40,310 nt of DNA. Source: Candidatus Minusculum obligatum (lineage in GTDB: Bacteria > Patescibacteriota > Minisyncoccia > Phycocordibacterales > Phycocordibacteraceae). The translations under genes and the position numbers were made by a program. Shown one piece after another: positions 1 to 8,934 of the stretch. The notes below the pieces were generated by a model. It saw nothing but the letters and a program-made list of their open reading frames with translations, was not told the DNA's origin and made no database searches. Location: the NCBI GenBank assembly GCA_045401155.1, contig CP174360.1, positions 376,769 to 417,078 of the forward strand, in the 5' to 3' direction. Every line of letters starts with the position of its first letter. Position 1 is the first letter of the stretch.

Positions 1-327
1 GTTTCGGAACCGGAGGCCGAGGAGGTTGTCGTCGAAGCGGCGGCCGATTCTGAGGAATCCACAGAACCCTCAGAGGGTTTCCAGGACTTGTTCCTGCGCC
101 TTGAAACCTCGCCGGCCGAAGGTGTTACGACCGGACAGCTCCTGGTCGTTGCCAGGGAAGGTCGCTCAACAGACTCTGAATGGGGCAAAGCCTGGTTCAC
201 AATGACGGATCAGGGCGTGTCCGCCGCAGAGCGCATCGATGAACTTTTGGAAGAGATTCTGGGTATGGAAGGTCCGGTTCGCAGAGTTCTGCTGGATCGG
301 ATTACCGAGAAGACTTCCAAGGTCTGA
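1..327 (+). CDS. hypothetical acidic protein, C-terminal part (ORF open to window edge)
   Basis: Frame 1 has no stop from nt 1 (VSEPEAEEVVVEAAADSEE...) and runs into the listed 88..327 ORF, ending at TGA 325-327. Hand count gives about 63% G+C in nt 1-60 versus about 30% in nt 601-660. It is followed by its own terminator. No motif recognised. Confidence 0.4.
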   Translation, partial: VSEPEAEEVVVEAAADSEESTEPSEGFQDLFLRLETSPAEGVTTGQLLVVAREGRSTDSEWGKAWFTMTDQGVSAAERIDELLEEILGMEGPVRRVLLDRITEKTSKV

Positions 328-339
328 TGGTTCCAAGGA

Positions 340-380
340 CGGGGATCGTGCACATAGCGCGATCCCCGTTTTCTTTTCTG
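340..380 (+). terminator. intrinsic terminator after the GC-rich first ORF
   Basis: 9-bp stem cggggatcg (340-348) / cgatccccg (360-368) with an 11-nt loop, followed by the T-rich run ttttcttttctg (369-380). Confidence 0.8.
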
Positions 381-395
381 TTACAATCTTTGTAT

Positions 396-1349
396 ATGGT
401 ATTAGGACTAGGAATGTGGGGGCTGCTGCTCGTGATGAGTCTTGTAGTACTTGTAAAAGGCGCAGACTCATTTATTGAAGCTGCAGAGAAGATAGGGAAA
501 GCATTAAAGTTCTCTCCATTTGTTATTGGAGTGCTTTTGGTTGGTATCGGTACGTCACTTCCAGAGTTTGCAAGTTCCATAGCTGCACTCTTTACAGGAA
601 ATGTGGAAATTATTACTGCAAATGCTGTTGGTTCTAATATCACAAACATTCTTCTTATTGTAGGAATACTTGCGGTTCTTGCTAAAAAATTTGTAATCAA
701 ACAAGATCTTTTAGCTTCTGAACTCTCTTTGTTTGTGGTTTCTACCTCACTGTTTATTGGAGTTGCATTTGATGGAGTGATCACAATGCTTGAATCGACA
801 CTCCTTGCAATAGCATTTCTCATTTATCTTTTCTATATATTATTGGGAAATAGCGAGGATGCGCCTGCGGTTGCTAAATATAAGGCAGAAATTAGTACGG
901 GGAAGGTTACTGCAGGTACCATAGCAGCTTTTGTTATTGGTCTTGGAGCAGTACTTCTTGGAGCACGATTCCTTATTGAGTCAGTGGTAGCAATTTCAGA
1001 TATTTTAAATATTGGTACAGGTGTTATTGCAATTACTATTATTGCGCTTGGTACGTCACTTCCAGAGCTTTTTGTATCACTTTCAGCCCTTCGGGGAGGA
1101 AGCACAGAAGTTGCTATTGGAAACATTTTTGGATCAAATGCCTTTAACCTTCTTTTTGCGGTAGGTATTCCAGGTATTTTTGGTCACTTGGTACTCGATC
1201 CAACAACATTGCACATTGGTATTCCAATTCTTGCGGTTGCTTCATTTATTTTTGTAATTTCAGGTATTGCTAAACGTATTTATCGTTGGGAGGGGCTCAT
1301 GTTTCTTGTCTACTACGCATTCTTTGTAATTAAAGTAATTGGATTTTAA
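396..1349 (+). CDS. Ca2+/Na+ (CaCA, YrbG-type) antiporter
   Basis: Polytopic membrane protein with the duplicated alpha-repeat motifs GTSLPEF and GTSLPEL. Start moved from 327 to ATG 396 because a terminator occupies 340-380 and TACAAT (382-387) lies 8 nt upstream of ATG 396. Confidence 0.8.
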   Translation: MVLGLGMWGLLLVMSLVVLVKGADSFIEAAEKIGKALKFSPFVIGVLLVGIGTSLPEFASSIAALFTGNVEIITANAVGSNITNILLIVGILAVLAKKFVIKQDLLASELSLFVVSTSLFIGVAFDGVITMLESTLLAIAFLIYLFYILLGNSEDAPAVAKYKAEISTGKVTAGTIAAFVIGLGAVLLGARFLIESVVAISDILNIGTGVIAITIIALGTSLPELFVSLSALRGGSTEVAIGNIFGSNAFNLLFAVGIPGIFGHLVLDPTTLHIGIPILAVASFIFVISGIAKRIYRWEGLMFLVYYAFFVIKVIGF

Positions 1350-1369
1350 TGTGCTAATGTAAAAAGGAA

Positions 1370-2548
1370 ATGCACATTTTCTCTAAAAATCTTTGGGTAT
1401 TGTTTGGAAGTCGACTTATCACACATGCGGGACTTTCTGTAATGGGAGTCTTTCTTCCTACGTTTATTTATCTTGAGTATGGGGGATCATTGCAGGTTGT
1501 GGTGTGGGCATTTGCGGCGGGGTTTGGGCTGCATTTTCTTTTAACACCACTTTCAGCTCGCTTGATAAAAAGTGTGGGCATGAAGAAACTTATGGTTATA
1601 GCCCTTGTGCCATTTCTTGCGGTTGCGCTAACAGCACTCGCTCTTTGGGATTACAACCCGACACTTATGTTGATTGTGTACATGCTTTCTTGGGCTGTAT
1701 ACCGATCACTCTACTGGGTTCCATATCACGTGGAGGTCGCAGAGTATTTGGATAATGAGCATAGGGGGCGCCAGGTCTCAGCACTTACAAACCTAAGTTC
1801 AATAGTCTCAGTCATTGCACCGTTTATAGGAGGTCTCATTATTGAGTTCTTAGGATTCTCCTGGATTTTTGTTGCAGGTATTGTGCTTGTGATTATTGCG
1901 GCAATACCACTATTCCTTATGGAAGAGGTGCATGAGGAATATGAGTACTCATATGTGGAAAGTATGAAAGATCTATTTTCAAAAGAAAAGAGAGATCTTT
2001 TGTATGCGTATGCAGGAGACGGCGCACAGACAGTTGTGTCTGCGGTATTCTGGCCAATCTTTATCTTTATAATTCTTGATGGAAACTTTGCGGCAGTTGG
2101 AGCAGTTTCTTCTCTTGTTATCTTGGCGACTATTATCCTCGCAACGTTTGCAGGAGAGCTGGTGGATCGTATTTCTAGAGCACAAGTAATTATCATCAGC
2201 ACCATTATTTACACGACTGGTTGGTTCCTTAAGAGCTTTGCATCTACTGCGCTACATATTTTCTTATTTGACGCATATCACAATGCAGGAAAGGCAGTAA
2301 ATCGTGTTGCATTTGATGTGGGAAGTTACGCACATCTTGCAGATAATGGGCATTATGTAGATGAGTACACGGCATTTAAGGAAATGGCGCTTAACATTGG
2401 AAGAATTCTGATGCTTATTTTAGGAGGAGTCTTTTCACTGCTGTTTGGTCTCAAGGTTGCCTTTGTGCTTGCTGCATTTGCATCACTTACCATGGTTCTG
2501 GTAAATTCTGCGATGAGAAAACATGATCATTCTCGTAGACAAGCCTAA
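1370..2548 (+). CDS. MFS-type transporter
   Basis: 392-aa ORF with about 12 hydrophobic segments and an MFS-like loop between TM2 and TM3. No specific substrate motif recognised. Confidence 0.6.
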   Translation: MHIFSKNLWVLFGSRLITHAGLSVMGVFLPTFIYLEYGGSLQVVVWAFAAGFGLHFLLTPLSARLIKSVGMKKLMVIALVPFLAVALTALALWDYNPTLMLIVYMLSWAVYRSLYWVPYHVEVAEYLDNEHRGRQVSALTNLSSIVSVIAPFIGGLIIEFLGFSWIFVAGIVLVIIAAIPLFLMEEVHEEYEYSYVESMKDLFSKEKRDLLYAYAGDGAQTVVSAVFWPIFIFIILDGNFAAVGAVSSLVILATIILATFAGELVDRISRAQVIIISTIIYTTGWFLKSFASTALHIFLFDAYHNAGKAVNRVAFDVGSYAHLADNGHYVDEYTAFKEMALNIGRILMLILGGVFSLLFGLKVAFVLAAFASLTMVLVNSAMRKHDHSRRQA

Positions 2549-3158
2549 GGGCATTACCTCATTTGATGCCATTCGACAGCTTCGCAGAGAGCTTGGAATA
2601 AAGAAAATGGGGCATGCAGGAACACTTGATCCACTTGCAAGTGGCCTTTTGATTATTGCTACAGAAGAAGATACAAAAAAGCTAGAGCAGTTTTTAAAAC
2701 TTCCCAAAACATATGAGGTTGGTATTAGGTTGGGGGAGAAGAGAGATACAGGAGATTTAGAGGGAGAAGTTATTGAGTCTTGTGAAGTGGGGGAGGTAGA
2801 TGAAGAAAAGGTTCAAGAAGTATTAAAAAATTTTGTAAAAGTACACACGCTACCTGTGCCTATATATTCAGCAATAAAGGTTAATGGGCGACCGCTGTAT
2901 TGGTATGCAAGAAATAATGAACCGGTAGAGATTCCAGAGAAAGAGATGGAGGTTACAAAAGCAGAGTTTTTACGTATTGAAAATAATGAGGTCTATCTAT
3001 CTCTATCTGTATCAAGTGGAACGTATATTAGAGCGCTTGTACAAGAGTTTGGAAGAATGCTTGGATATCCTGCAACAACATCTTATTTGCGACGTATAGA
3101 AGTGGGGGATTTTAATGTAAAAGATGCAAAGAAAATGGAGCCGTTGCGCGAGGCGTAG
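2523..3158 (+). CDS. truB: tRNA pseudouridine(55) synthase
   Basis: N-terminus MIILVDKPKGITSFDAIRQLRR and the catalytic motif GHAGTLDPLASGLLIIAT are typical of TruB. Confidence 0.9.
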   Translation: MIILVDKPKGITSFDAIRQLRRELGIKKMGHAGTLDPLASGLLIIATEEDTKKLEQFLKLPKTYEVGIRLGEKRDTGDLEGEVIESCEVGEVDEEKVQEVLKNFVKVHTLPVPIYSAIKVNGRPLYWYARNNEPVEIPEKEMEVTKAEFLRIENNEVYLSLSVSSGTYIRALVQEFGRMLGYPATTSYLRRIEVGDFNVKDAKKMEPLREA

Positions 3159-3177
3159 GCTCCAAAGGGTATGTTTC

Positions 3178-3441
3178 TTAAAGCAGGCGAGGCGTATAAG
3201 GTTCTTCTTCTTTTTTAAAAACGCTTATGCCGAGGCTGAAAAAACTGTCTCGGTAACTTTCGTCGATACCAAGCTTTTTTTGTACGGCGTCTACGACGCT
3301 GCCAAAAAGAATTCGCTTAGCACCAGATTGTTTTCGAGAGTCAATTTCTTCTCTGCATGCCGTTAAGAAAGAAAACGGCATATGCGATTCGACGCCAAGG
3401 TTTTCTGCCCAGGTCTCGAGGTGTCTTTTTATATTTGCCAT
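3178..3441 (-). CDS. hypothetical protein (87 aa)
   Basis: Strong SD (GGAGG at 3446-3450, 4 nt before ATG 3441). An extended -10, TGgTATAAT, lies on the minus strand at 3472-3480, giving a leader of about 30 nt. No motif recognised. Confidence 0.55.
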   Translation of the reverse strand: MANIKRHLETWAENLGVESHMPFSFLTACREEIDSRKQSGAKRILFGSVVDAVQKKLGIDESYRDSFFSLGISVFKKEEEPYTPRLL

Positions 3442-3489
3442 CACTCCTCCTTTCTTGGCAATTCCAAAAATATTATACCACTTTTGTGG

Positions 3490-3948
3490 TTAGTTTGTAA
3501 ATAATGTACCTACAACCTCTTTTACATCATTTCCATCAGCTTTTCCTTTAAGGTCTTTCATAAGAGCACCCATAAGCATTCCTGCTTTTGCAGAGTCTTC
3601 AATCTGAAGCTCTTCCTTTTTTACTTTTGCAAGTTCAAGAATTTCTTCCTGACTCATCATCTCTGGGAGATATTCCTCAATAATGTCGAGTTCTTCGCGT
3701 TCGTGTCTTGCAAGATCAAGTCGTCCACCTTGTTCAAATTGAGTAATTGAATCTTTTCGTTGTTTTGCAGCTCGAGTGATTACCTCAAGTGCTTTCTCAT
3801 CTGAAAGCATTCCATCTGGCTTTTCTTTTGATGCCACAAGTTCATTTGTAAATGATGTAAGGAGGGCACGAATGGTACGAAGCTTTACTTCGTCCTTTGC
3901 TTTCATTGCGTCCGGTAATTCTTTCTTCAGTGTTTCGTGGATTGTCAT
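3490..3948 (-). CDS. GatB/YqeY domain protein
   Basis: 152 aa; MTIHETLKKELPDAMKAKDEVKLRTIRALL... matches the YqeY family pattern. Confidence 0.8.
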   Translation of the reverse strand: MTIHETLKKELPDAMKAKDEVKLRTIRALLTSFTNELVASKEKPDGMLSDEKALEVITRAAKQRKDSITQFEQGGRLDLARHEREELDIIEEYLPEMMSQEEILELAKVKKEELQIEDSAKAGMLMGALMKDLKGKADGNDVKEVVGTLFTN

Positions 3949-3985
3949 GACAAAATTTTAGCACAAAAGGGCTATACTGGAAGAC

Positions 3986-6619
3986 ATGCGTAGGTATCCA
4001 TGGCATTCTCTTTCTATACCCGAAGTAATCGGGCATTTTACAAGTAATGGAGAAATGGGGCTTGATTCTCATGTTGCAGGTATTCGTTTACGAGAGTATG
4101 GGAAAAATGAAATAACAAAAAAGGCAACGGAGAGCTTTTTTAGTAGGTTGTTGCGCCAGTTCCAAAGTCCTATTGCATACGTACTTATCTTCGCGGGTGT
4201 TGCAGCACTGTGGCTTGGAGAGGGGGTAGATGCAGGAGTTATTATCGCAGCGCTTTTAGTAAATGTAGTTATTGGTCTTATTCAAGAAGGGCGTGCAAAT
4301 AATGCATTTGAAAAATTAAGCGAAAGCGAAGAGCTTCATGCACTTGTGGTTCGAGATGGAAAGCGTCTTGAAGTTTTGGCCGAAGAGCTTGTAATTGGGG
4401 ACATTATTATCGTAAGTGCAGGAAAGCAAATTCCCGCAGATGTACGCCTCATTAGTGCTTCAGACCTTTCAATAAATGAGGCTGCACTCACGGGAGAGTG
4501 GATCCCTGTCCCAAAAACAATAGAGGTGCTTGGAGAAAATATTCCTCCTGCACGTAGAACCAACCTTGCATTTAGAGGCACTACAGTTGTGACAGGCAGG
4601 GGAAAGGGGATAGTGGTTGCAACAGGAGATGAAACAGAGCTCGGAGTTATTGCAGATGAGCTTCAGGTTGAAGAGCGAACAAAAACACCTCTTGAAAAAA
4701 ACATGGAGGGTATCGCTCGATTTATTTTAATACTGGTATTTCTTTCAGCACTCCTGCTTCTTGTGTTTGGTGTATTTCGTGGAGAGCCATTTACAGAGAT
4801 GCTTTTGGTGGCAATTGCTATTTCTGTATCCGCGATTCCCGAGGGGCTTCCTGCAGCTGTAACAGCATCTCTTGCTATTGGAATGGAGCGGATCTTAAAG
4901 TATGGAGGATTAGTTAAGAATCTTCTCGCGGCAGAGATTTTAGGTACTACTACATATGTGCTTACAGATAAGACAGGAACGCTTACAAAAGGACGCATGG
5001 CGCTTGTTGAGTATGCGCTACTGCATGAGCGCACTAAAGAGACAGACAGCTCTCACGTACAAGAATTGCTGCGTGCAGGAGCCTACGCTTCAGATGCGGT
5101 AATTGATGAAGAGCAGGGTGAGGGGAAGGTGGTGCATGGACGGCCTATAGAGCGTGCAGTAGTGCTCTCGGCAATGCATGCAGGGATTCCGCCTATCACA
5201 GAAAAGCAGATAGTTTCGATTCCATTTAGCTCAACACGCCGTTTTGGAGGTGCTGTTGTAGAGACAGATGACACACAGACATTCTTTATGTCTGGAGCCC
5301 CTGAATCTCTTTTAAAATTAAGCACGAGTATTTTTGATGGTATTAGAGAACGAAATATAACGAAAGATGACCAGGAGGTTTTTGAGCGATATTTGCGTGA
5401 GTATACAAAGAATGGGTTGCGCGTTATTGCTGTTGCAAAAAAGGAATTTAAAGATGGCGGTGCGCAGAAGGTTCGCACAAACGTAGATAATGCCATTACG
5501 GACGTTACGTTCATGGGGCTTTTGGTATTTGCAGATCAAATTAGAGAAGATGTTCCAGAGGCGCTTGAGCGTATAACAGACGCGGGAGCGCGTGTGGTAA
5601 TGGTAACGGGAGATAATCCAAATACTGCAGCATACATTGCAAATGAAGTGGGTCTTACAAAAGATATAGAAAAAGCAATTACGGGTACAGATATTGACCA
5701 GATGGATGATAGAGAGTTGCTTCATGCTCTGCGTGAGCACAAGGTATTTGCACGAGTGTTGCCAACGCAAAAGCTTCGCTTAGCACGAGTGTTGCGTGGT
5801 GCTGGAGAAGTTGTGGCGATGACAGGGGATGGAATTAATGATGCGCCGGCACTTCAAGCAGCAACTATTGGTATTGCGGTAGGGAGTGGTACTGATGTTG
5901 CAAAAGAGGCTGCAGACCTGGTGCTTTTGAATAATTCTTTTGCAATTATTGTAAATGCGATCGAAGAGGGTAGGCGGCTTCGGGATAATATTAAAAAAAT
6001 TGTTACATTCCTTCTCTCAACAAACTTTAGTGAGGTGCTGCTTGTTGCTGCAGCACTTCTTGCAGGATTACCTCTTCCAATTCTTCCTACCCAGATTCTC
6101 TGGGCAAATATCGTAGGGGAAGGGTTTATGAACTTCGCATTTGCATTTGAGCCGGCAGACAAAAAGACAATGAGACGTAATCCAAAAGATCCTGAGATTA
6201 CAAATATTCTTTCACGTCATGTGCTTGAGTTTATTTTTATGGCAGGACTTATTACGGGAGGACTGCTTCTTGTGTTGTACTTCTACTTACAGTCAATCGG
6301 TACACCTATTGAAGAGATACGTACCATGATGTTTATCGGAATCTCATTTGATGTATTCTTCCTCGCATTTTCAATGAAAAGTTTTAGTAAGCCAATTTGG
6401 CAGATTAATCTTTTCTCTAACAAGTACCTTATTTTCTCGTTTTTCTTCTCGCTGTTTGTGCTTTTCTTGGCAATATCTGTTCCGGTATTTGCAGGATTAC
6501 TTGAGATTGTGCCACTTACAAATCTTGAAATTGGATTGCTTGCGGTGTTGGGAGTGTTGAATGCTGTGGTGATTGAGTCTTCAAAATGGCTTCTATTTCG
6601 AGGTAGAAATGCTGCGTGA
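3986..6619 (+). CDS. cation-transporting P-type ATPase (type II, Ca2+/PMCA-SERCA-like)
   Basis: Contains the DKTGTLT phosphorylation motif, PEGLPA in TM4, the TGDGINDAPAL hinge and TGD/TGE motifs; 877 aa. Confidence 0.9.
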   Translation: MRRYPWHSLSIPEVIGHFTSNGEMGLDSHVAGIRLREYGKNEITKKATESFFSRLLRQFQSPIAYVLIFAGVAALWLGEGVDAGVIIAALLVNVVIGLIQEGRANNAFEKLSESEELHALVVRDGKRLEVLAEELVIGDIIIVSAGKQIPADVRLISASDLSINEAALTGEWIPVPKTIEVLGENIPPARRTNLAFRGTTVVTGRGKGIVVATGDETELGVIADELQVEERTKTPLEKNMEGIARFILILVFLSALLLLVFGVFRGEPFTEMLLVAIAISVSAIPEGLPAAVTASLAIGMERILKYGGLVKNLLAAEILGTTTYVLTDKTGTLTKGRMALVEYALLHERTKETDSSHVQELLRAGAYASDAVIDEEQGEGKVVHGRPIERAVVLSAMHAGIPPITEKQIVSIPFSSTRRFGGAVVETDDTQTFFMSGAPESLLKLSTSIFDGIRERNITKDDQEVFERYLREYTKNGLRVIAVAKKEFKDGGAQKVRTNVDNAITDVTFMGLLVFADQIREDVPEALERITDAGARVVMVTGDNPNTAAYIANEVGLTKDIEKAITGTDIDQMDDRELLHALREHKVFARVLPTQKLRLARVLRGAGEVVAMTGDGINDAPALQAATIGIAVGSGTDVAKEAADLVLLNNSFAIIVNAIEEGRRLRDNIKKIVTFLLSTNFSEVLLVAAALLAGLPLPILPTQILWANIVGEGFMNFAFAFEPADKKTMRRNPKDPEITNILSRHVLEFIFMAGLITGGLLLVLYFYLQSIGTPIEEIRTMMFIGISFDVFFLAFSMKSFSKPIWQINLFSNKYLIFSFFFSLFVLFLAISVPVFAGLLEIVPLTNLEIGLLAVLGVLNAVVIESSKWLLFRGRNAA

Positions 6620-6633
6620 TACACTAGCTACAT

Positions 6634-7680
6634 ATGGAATTTGCATCTATTGGAATCATTGTAATTGCACTCATTGGTCTTGGAGTTATTGTGCTACAGG
6701 TGTTCATGCTCACGCGTCTTTCAAAAAAGGGTGGGGATGATAATTCTTTTGTACTGTTGCAGCAACAGCTAAACGAGCTTTCTCGTATGGTGGATGGAAA
6801 AGTGGAGAAAATGGGAAAGGACATGCATGAGTCTATGTATAAGCAGGCTTCAGATTCTCAAAGACTTATCAAAGACATCACGCAGGAAATTACATCTGTA
6901 AAAGAGCTTGGGCGACAAACTGCAACCTTTGCAGAACAGCTGAAGAGCCTTCAGGATGTTCTAAAGAATCCAAAGCAGCGTGGTGTGCTTGGTGAGTATT
7001 ATCTTGAGACAGTATTAAAGAACGTGTTGCCTCCAGGAATGTATCAGATGCAGTATGGATTTAAGGATCGGGAAGTTGTAGATGCAGTAGTTTTTATAAA
7101 AGATAAGGTCATTCCAATTGATTCAAAGTTTTCTCTTGAGAATTACAATCGTTTTGTAAATGCTGCCGAGCAAGACAAAGATTCATATGAAAAGGCGTTT
7201 GTGAATGATCTAAAGCTTCGTATTAGCGAGACTGCTAAGTATATTCGCCCAGAGGAGGGGACGATGGACTTTGCATTCATGTTTATCCCATCTGAAGGAA
7301 TATATTACGATCTTCTTGTAAACTCAGTTGGAGGAGGCGAGGAGAATCTTATTCAAAGAGCGGCTGCAAAACATAAGGTTATTATTGTATCTCCAACATC
7401 ATTCTTAGCGTACCTACAGACTGTCCTACAGGGTCTTAACGCGCTTCAGATTGAGCAGCGTGCTACAGAGATTCAAAAGCGTGTAGAAGAGCTTGGAAAA
7501 CACCTTAAAAAGTATGATGAATTCTATCAAAAGCTTGGAAATACACTCTCCACGACTGTTTCGCACTACAACAATGGATATAAGGAATTAAAGAAGGTGG
7601 ATAAGGATATTTACCGTATTTCTGAGTATTCTACGGATATTGAGCCAGAAGAGGTTTCAAAACCCCAATTAGAAGACTAA
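6634..7680 (+). CDS. rmuC: DNA recombination protein RmuC
   Basis: N-terminal TM segment, a coiled-coil and a C-terminal RmuC nuclease-like region (VDAVVFIKDKVIPIDSKF..., FMFIPSEGIY). Confidence 0.8.
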   Translation: MEFASIGIIVIALIGLGVIVLQVFMLTRLSKKGGDDNSFVLLQQQLNELSRMVDGKVEKMGKDMHESMYKQASDSQRLIKDITQEITSVKELGRQTATFAEQLKSLQDVLKNPKQRGVLGEYYLETVLKNVLPPGMYQMQYGFKDREVVDAVVFIKDKVIPIDSKFSLENYNRFVNAAEQDKDSYEKAFVNDLKLRISETAKYIRPEEGTMDFAFMFIPSEGIYYDLLVNSVGGGEENLIQRAAAKHKVIIVSPTSFLAYLQTVLQGLNALQIEQRATEIQKRVEELGKHLKKYDEFYQKLGNTLSTTVSHYNNGYKELKKVDKDIYRISEYSTDIEPEEVSKPQLED

Positions 7681-7689
7681 AGACCCCGT

Positions 7690-7875
7690 TCACGAAGAAG
7701 GGGGCCTTTTGATCACTTCTGAGCCTGCAAAGCGCGCAGGATCCTGTATCATAAGTTCCGTGGCAGCGTCTTTGATACTGCCACGTTTTTCCAGCAGGTA
7801 ATCTGCTTGAGTGCAGGACGTGCAGGGCCGATCGGGCCACTGGCACACGTGTTCATTTATAGAAGAACTTTTCAT
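7690..7875 (-). CDS. hypothetical 61-aa Cys-containing protein (uncertain; overlaps a plus-strand terminator)
   Basis: ATG 7875 is preceded by GGGAGA (7881-7886) with a 5-nt spacer. Sequence is MKSSSINEHVCQWPDRPCTSC..., in a GC-rich islet. No downstream terminator seen on the minus strand. Confidence 0.3.
   Translation of the reverse strand: MKSSSINEHVCQWPDRPCTSCTQADYLLEKRGSIKDAATELMIQDPARFAGSEVIKRPPSS
7759..7790 (+). terminator. intrinsic terminator about 80 nt downstream of rmuC
   Basis: 8-bp stem cgtggcag (7759-7766) / ctgccacg (7778-7785) with an 11-nt loop, then ttttt (7786-7790). Confidence 0.7.
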
Positions 7876-7940
7876 TTTGGTCTCCCAAAGGTTGCCTAAT
7901 ATGTACCATACGTACAAAGCTTCATGTTGTCCATATGTGC

Positions 7941-7968
7941 TTGATTTTTATCCTAATTTCGTTATAGT
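7941..7968 (+). promoter_or_regulatory. rplU promoter (TTGATT - 16 nt - TATAGT), leaderless geometry
   Basis: -35 at 7941-7946 and -10 at 7963-7968, with ATG at 7978 only 9 nt after the -10. No SD is present. Confidence 0.55.
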
Positions 7969-7977
7969 ACTCCCACT

Positions 7978-8295
7978 ATGAATACGGCTGTAATTAAGAC
8001 CGGTGGTAAACAATACGTTGTCGAGGAAGGCAGCGTTATTACCATTGAAACGCTATCTGATAAGGAGTATCAGGAAGGAGATGCTATCTCATTTGATGAG
8101 GTGCTTCTTATGGATGACGGATCTAAGGTTTCTCTAGGAACTCCTACTGTAAAGGGGTCTGTATCAGGAAAAGTTATTGATGCAGGACTTGGAAAGAAAG
8201 TGATTGTAGAACGATATAAGAATAAGACTCGATATCACAAGAAGCGAGGTCACCGACAGCCATTCCTCAAAGTGAAGGTAGAGAAGATTGGGTAA
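7978..8295 (+). CDS. rplU: 50S ribosomal protein L21
   Basis: MNTAVIKTGGKQYVVEEGSVI... with a C-terminal YHKKRGHRQPF, the classic L21 pattern. Confidence 0.95.
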   Translation: MNTAVIKTGGKQYVVEEGSVITIETLSDKEYQEGDAISFDEVLLMDDGSKVSLGTPTVKGSVSGKVIDAGLGKKVIVERYKNKTRYHKKRGHRQPFLKVKVEKIG

Positions 8296-8326
8296 CAAAA
8301 ATAGAGCCGAGAGGCTCTATTTTTTG
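8296..8326. terminator. bidirectional intrinsic terminator
   Basis: Sequence aaaaa-atagagcc-gaga-ggctctat-tttttt lies between convergent rplU and the DedA-like gene. Confidence 0.75.
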
Positions 8327-8934
8327 TTAAAGAAGGTTTCTTTTATTGTTGGTAGTAGTATCCAAAGGATTAATATTCCAAACGCAACATATGTAAATGT
8401 GTTTGTAGAACGAGTTTCTTCTGGAAGCAGGTATATTGCAAAGCAGATTGTACTAAACCATCCAAAAGACCATGGAACAGCTTCAAGTAAGTAGTTTTTT
8501 ATATTTCTTCCGCGTAACCCTTCTGAAAATGCTGTAAGTGAAGCAAGGTTTGGGTGCCAAAAAGTTAAGGGTATTGAATGAGGTTCAGGATCCTTACCAT
8601 TGGTTTTTGTGCGAATATATTTTCCTAATACAAAAGAAAATGTATTCGCAATAAGTGCTGCAAGGTATCCAGAGATAAGCCAGCCCCAAAGTCCTTGAGA
8701 CAGTGCATATTTTGCTGTAAGTAGAGAAATAAGTCCTAGAGGGAGAAATGCATTTAGTAAGATTGTGTTTTCAAAAGCAAGAGCTAAAAGCAGAAAGGCT
8801 GGATTTTCTGTTAAGAGAAGTATTTCTTTAAAAAAGACAAAAACCAAAATCCCCGTAATTAGGGTCATCCATTTGGAAAGGATTGAAATTCTAGAGCTGT
8901 CCAAGCTTTGCAGAAATTGCTTTGCAGAAATCAT
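8317..8934 (-). CDS. DedA/VTT-family-like membrane protein
   Basis: 205-aa polytopic protein. The region LALAFENTILLNAFLPLGLISLL...FVLGKYI resembles the VTT/DedA core. Confidence 0.5.
   Translation of the reverse strand: MISAKQFLQSLDSSRISILSKWMTLITGILVFVFFKEILLLTENPAFLLLALAFENTILLNAFLPLGLISLLTAKYALSQGLWGWLISGYLAALIANTFSFVLGKYIRTKTNGKDPEPHSIPLTFWHPNLASLTAFSEGLRGRNIKNYLLEAVPWSFGWFSTICFAIYLLPEETRSTNTFTYVAFGILILWILLPTIKETFFNKK

Noticed and set aside
327-395. Upstream ATG 327 (overlapping TGATG with the first ORF) as the CaCA start
   Set aside because: The added 23 residues would be encoded by the terminator hairpin (340-380), and the TACAAT-8 nt-ATG 396 geometry matches the other leaderless starts. 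The protein family normally starts at the first TM helix.
3148-3196. 10-bp direct repeat GCGAGGCGTA (3148-3157 and 3187-3196) at the truB / 87-aa ORF junction
   Set aside because: It is a single short repeat pair with no flanking inverted repeats or target-site logic, and one copy lies in the truB coding end. It is compatible with chance.
3124-3366. Plus-strand 80-aa ORF overlapping the 3178..3441 minus-strand ORF
   Set aside because: It has no SD or -10 context, and the sequence (poly-F, low complexity) is implausible. The minus-strand ORF has AGGAGG plus an extended -10 promoter.
302-6162. Long antisense ORFs inside the CaCA, MFS and P-type ATPase genes (302..823, 1726..2205, 4663..5034, 5083..5514, 5318..5770, 5854..6162)
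   Set aside because: These are shadow ORFs opposite genes with unambiguous family motifs. They have low-complexity or odd composition and no start context.
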